Assembly (NCBI GenBank): GCA_964016885.1
Contig: OZ024750.1
Span: 16,864,001 to 16,928,000, forward strand
Direction: 5' to 3'
Origin: Eledone cirrhosa
Lineage: Eukaryota
Length of the DNA: 64,000 nt
This document shows, one piece after another, positions 58,563 to 64,000 of the stretch (position 1 is its first letter; each line of letters opens with the position of its first letter). The position numbers were made by a program, and so were the translations under genes. The notes under the pieces were generated by a model. The model was not told the DNA's origin, searched no databases, and saw nothing but the letters and a program-made list of their open reading frames with translations.

Positions 58563-58874
58563 TCACACGTGTACATATACATACATGTGCACAGACGCAG
58601 TCAGAGAGATATGTGGATGTGTGTGAGTGCGTGAGTGTGTGTGTGTGTGACCATGTGTGTGGACATTAATACTGTGGACATTCTTAAAATATCTCAAAAC
58701 TTAAATGTCGTACATGTTTACACTGGGACGTACAGACAGACACATAATGCCGGCAAGATCATGGTTATACACATAGACAGTTGTACATGCGTGCACCACC
58801 CACAACAACACACACACACACATATGTATATATATAATTAGCTATATTTTGTCTATTTTCTCTTCACATTTGTA

Positions 58875-58914
<40 letters not shown>

Positions 58915-59861
58915 CCTGTTTTAAATTCCCTTTTTGGCATATTAATCTGTGAGAATTTTGGTTATCGAGTTCAGCTCTGCTGAGGATCGAATTCCAACCG
59001 TGACCATCTCCACTGAAAGTTTTTGTGAAATAGTCTTTAAGACTATACAGAGCATTTGAAGTTTTTCCAAATTGAAGGATGAGTATTTTAAACTTTATTT
59101 TATCATGAGTTAGGGCTCTATTGATTTTTCCCTGGATTTCACTGGATTCTGTGGATGATTCTATATCCTGATTCTCTTTGAGATGTGTTTGAGTTGTTTT
59201 TCCCACATCTTGCGTTAACTATTTTTCCCATTTTGACGCTATAGTCACTTATATATCATGGAATACTGTTGGCTTTTTGCTACAATGTTTTCTATACCTT
59301 TCATTTATATATATATAAACCCCTCCCTCATTGTAGAGTTGCTTTAAACGATTTTTTTTGCTGCTATTTTCAGCATCATTATAAGCTTGTCGTATTTTCC
59401 GTCTATATATGGAGTGATTTCTTCATTTAGTAGTTCATGAACGCAACGTTCTGGAAGAAATGGCCTATATACTGTCTCAGCAATGAAATTGTCTGTATAC
59501 TTTATGATCAATATCTCCTCTTATACCAAAGAACTCTCCCCTGATGACAGAACAAGTTCTTCCAATATTAGTTATTCCAATAATTTAAAATAATCAATAT
59601 TATTTCTTTGTTCTAGAAATCATGGTAGGGAGAAGTTTTTCCTCATCCTAGCAACATATTTCATAACATTGACATGAATATAATGTAACACAACGCAATA
59701 AAAAGTTAGGAATTAAGTTAAACAAAACTTTTGATGGACGGCTAACATTAGAGTCACTATATGTTTAGACATTGGGTTGTATGTAAAGAAACCTTTATCT
59801 GTAGCTTTCAATCAATTATTAAAATGTTAAGTGGCTGTATTTACTTCGTTTAATTATTTAA

Positions 59862-60021
59862 ATAATTGTTTCTACATTTGGCACAAGGCCAGTAATTACC
59901 CAGTACATTACTGGTAATTTATTTAACCTCGGCGGGATTTGAACTCAGAATGGAAAGGGTCGTAACTCTATGCGTCAAAGCATGGCGTCCGACCTTCTAC
60001 CGATACTGCCAATCCACCCCC
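59862..60021 (-). mobile_element. SINE with intact head and tail but the central core deleted
   Basis: CTGGTAATTTATT is joined directly to TAACCTCGGCGGG; the ~30-bp ATCGACCCC...AAGGCAAAGT segment present in other copies is absent. Confidence 0.85.
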
Positions 60022-60134
60022 TTAATCAATGTTGGTTTAGTATAATAATGATATCCCATAATTATTGTTGATATTGTATTGTATCCTGTTTGAAATAAAA
60101 GAAATGTGATGATAACAAAAGACGAAAATGCAGA

Positions 60135-60511
60135 TAGGTGGAGATAGATAGTAGCAGAGAAAGAGAGTGGGAGAGAGGTATAGAGGTTTATAGGGAGAGA
60201 GGGACAGAGGAAGAGTTGTATATAGAGAGGGATATAGGGAGAGGGATATAAAGAAGAGGGATATAAAGAGAGGGATATAGAGAGGGATATAAAGAGAGAG
60301 GGACAGAGGGCGTGGTATATATATAGAAGTGAGGTTTAAAGAGAGATGTATAGAAGGGAAAGAGAGAGAGAGAGAAGAACAGAGAGAGGGAGAAACGAAT
60401 ATTGATAGCGATAGATGTGAAGGAGAAAGACAGAGACAATAACATTGAGAAGAGAAGGAGGTAGGGAGGGAGATAGAGTAAGATAGATAGATAGATAGAG
60501 AGAGAAAGAGA

Positions 60512-60555
<44 letters not shown>

Positions 60556-61377
60556 TGGAGATAAAGAGTGAGAGAGAGAGAGAGCGGGACAGAGAGATAT
60601 AAATAGAGACAGTTATAGAAAGTGTGAGAGTAAGAGACAGACACAGAAATAGTGAAATGGAGAAAAGGTTAGGGATAGGGGTAGAGTATGAAAGAGAAAT
60701 ATACTGAGAGGGGGTGGGTTATATAAGAATAGTTATAGAGATTATGAAAGAGAGAGACGAGGAGGAGAAGAAGAAGATGGAGGAGGAGGAGGGTTAGAGA
60801 GTGATACGAATTCAAAGGTATGTAGAAATGGATGGAAAGAGTAAAATTCTTGAAAGAAATGCAAAAACAAACAAAAAAGAAATCCCAATAACAAAAACAA
60901 TGGAATAAAAAAGAAAATCTGATGAATGAGTGAATTGAATGAGAGAAAGAATGGATAAAGCAACGATGGGAAAGATGAAAAGAAAATTTGGATTGTAAAA
61001 AACAATAAAGATGGAAAGAGGAAATGAATAGCTGAAAGAAGGAAGAAAATAACAAAAATAAAAACAAAAACAAAAAAGAAAGTTGGAAAGAAGAAAGTGT
61101 GAGAAAGACAATGAACGAGAAATATAGAGAGGAAAGAAAGGTATAAAAGAAGGAAAATAATGCAAATAATGATAATAAGAACAATAATAACAATAATGAA
61201 CCCATAATGACGATGACGGCGATGACGACGATGACGGCGATGACGACGATGACGATGATGACGATGACGATGATGACGATGATGACGATGAAGGAGGAAG
61301 AGTAGAAACGAAATAGGAAACATAATACAAAAGAAAAAATAAAACTGAGAGGAAATGAAAGAATAAAAGGAGATAAT

Positions 61378-61418
<41 letters not shown>

Positions 61419-61516
61419 AGAGAGAGAGAGGTTATGGAAGAGTAGAGGAGGAGAGAGAGTAGAATGTGCGTGTGAGAGAGAGAGAGGGGGAGGGAGAGAG
61501 AGTAGAATGTGAATGT

Positions 61517-61552
<36 letters not shown>

Positions 61553-61808
61553 GAGAGAGAGAGTGATAGAAGAGAGAGAGGGGGCTTATGAAGAGAGAAA
61601 GAGAGAGAGACCGACAGACCGACAGACAGACAGAGTAAGAGTGAGAGAGGGGAGAGCAGAGTGTTGAATGGGGTGGGAACTTGAAAAGAAGGAAAGCGAT
61701 ATAAAGAAATGAAAATACACGTGTATATATACTCTACTACACTATATACCCTTGCAAAGGAAACAACGAAATGGACTACTACTACCACTACTACCACTAC
61801 TACCACTA

Positions 61809-61868
<60 letters not shown>

Positions 61869-61895
61869 ATAATAATAATAATAATAATAATATAT
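60135..61895. repeat. Purine-rich low-complexity zone with (GA)n, (GAT/GAC)n, (ACT)n and (AAT)n
   Basis: Seen directly. Confidence 0.85.
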
Positions 61896-63094
61896 CGGAA
61901 GATAGAGGGACTAATAAAGAGGAGAAGGGACAGGAGGGGGGACAGGGTAAACCATATAATAGATGGTACACAATGGAAAAAAAGGGAAAAATATAAAGCA
62001 TATAGAAAAAAAATGGACTTCAATGAGTATCATTGTGTGTGATGCAAGCCTTGTCCTTTGCCCAGTGTTATTCAGTGTCCAACAGACACGAATTCAAAAT
62101 GATTGTGGTATCATCTCACTTGTGAAATAACAATGAAACTTTTCATGATGATCTCAAATGGTTCATGAGATAAATAGAGATTTATTTCACGGAAACCTGT
62201 GAAATAAAATGAATATAACAAAAACAGGGAAAAAAAAGAAAAACGACAACAAACGAAAAAACACTTAAAATATATTTGATGCATTGGTTTCTTTTGGACT
62301 GGACACAAAGACACTCTATCTGTTAGTGGGAAGAAAGGAGTATACAAGATGTGATGATCACACCTTTATCACTTTAGTTATAATGCTTCTAATCAAAGAC
62401 ATTGTCCCCGATGATATTTGTAAGTAATTGTAAAGCAATCAAGAGTTTAGAGCAATATAACTAATTTTCTATTCATTTATCCGGTGTTTAGAACATAACT
62501 ACTTCTGGGATTCCTATATTTTCTAAAAGAATATATATATATATATAACATTTAACAGCTTAACAACGTAGAATAGTTCATATGAAGCATTGTTTGATAA
62601 TAATAATAAGCAAATTTCTTTGTTTTATACTAAGTATGACGAACGTGTTTTTTTTTAATAAACAATTTAATCATTTCGTTAACATAATTCTCAATTGGAT
62701 GAAATAGACATTGCCAATTAATTATGAAATGATTTAATAATATAACTAACTTTCTCACTATTAAGCTGATATTAAGCTGATATATGGAACATAATTTAAC
62801 AAAGGTTTTTACATAAAATTATAGCTGAAGGTTTTTAGATGTATATGCATACTTTCATTGTTTCGTTACCACATTTCTAATGAAAGACACTGCGGGTGTC
62901 CCAAAATCACCATCATCCCCAACCACCAGAAACATAAATTCATCTGTTTTAATGAGGGCAGCCGGCTTTCCTGATGATTTCTTTAAAATGAAATAGTTAT
63001 AGTCCCGTAGAAGCCATTTCTATATTAAAATTGATGTTTACACTCTATTAATATACTGAGTACCTTACTAACTCTGGTCACCCCCGATTGAACC

Positions 63095-63981
<887 letters not shown>

Positions 63982-64000
63982 GTGTGTATATCAGTATATA

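Noticed and set aside
58877-59700. 109-aa minus-strand ORF and upstream complex sequence as a gene or GIY-YIG/RT fragment
   Set aside because: No motif I can recognise, and the upstream frames are broken. Probably a decayed element; BLASTx is needed.
62895-63087. Tc1/mariner-like TIR pair CGGGTGTCCCA...TGGTCACCCCCG
   Set aside because: The match is too short and imperfect, and there is no TA TSD.

Overview
Eukaryotic, gene-poor, repeat-saturated DNA. It is most likely from an octopod cephalopod, inferred from a tRNA-derived SINE family I recognise from memory and from dense (TA)n/(GA)n/(CA)n/(TATG)n/triplet microsatellites. Bases 1 to ~30,320 are one satellite array, open at the left edge, built from three 15-bp modules that form 30-bp and 45-bp units with nested higher-order duplications. 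Its giant Thr-, Val-, His/Asp- and Gly/Arg-rich ORFs are best explained as artefacts of the repeat. Bases ~30,320-64,000 are a microsatellite-rich patchwork: about 10 SINE copies (two with clear TSDs), a complete non-autonomous Helitron with an empty paralogous site nearby, an R4/Dong-like RLE retrotransposon 3' end inside (CATA)n, a CRE-like RLE fragment, MITE-like inverted-repeat elements and three hammerhead-ribozyme motifs of the Penelope pLTR type. There is also a small (TA)n-associated fold-back family (4 loci) whose hairpin arms co-vary within each copy and carry a half-hammerhead motif. No host protein-coding gene can be called with confidence; only weak candidate exons were seen.
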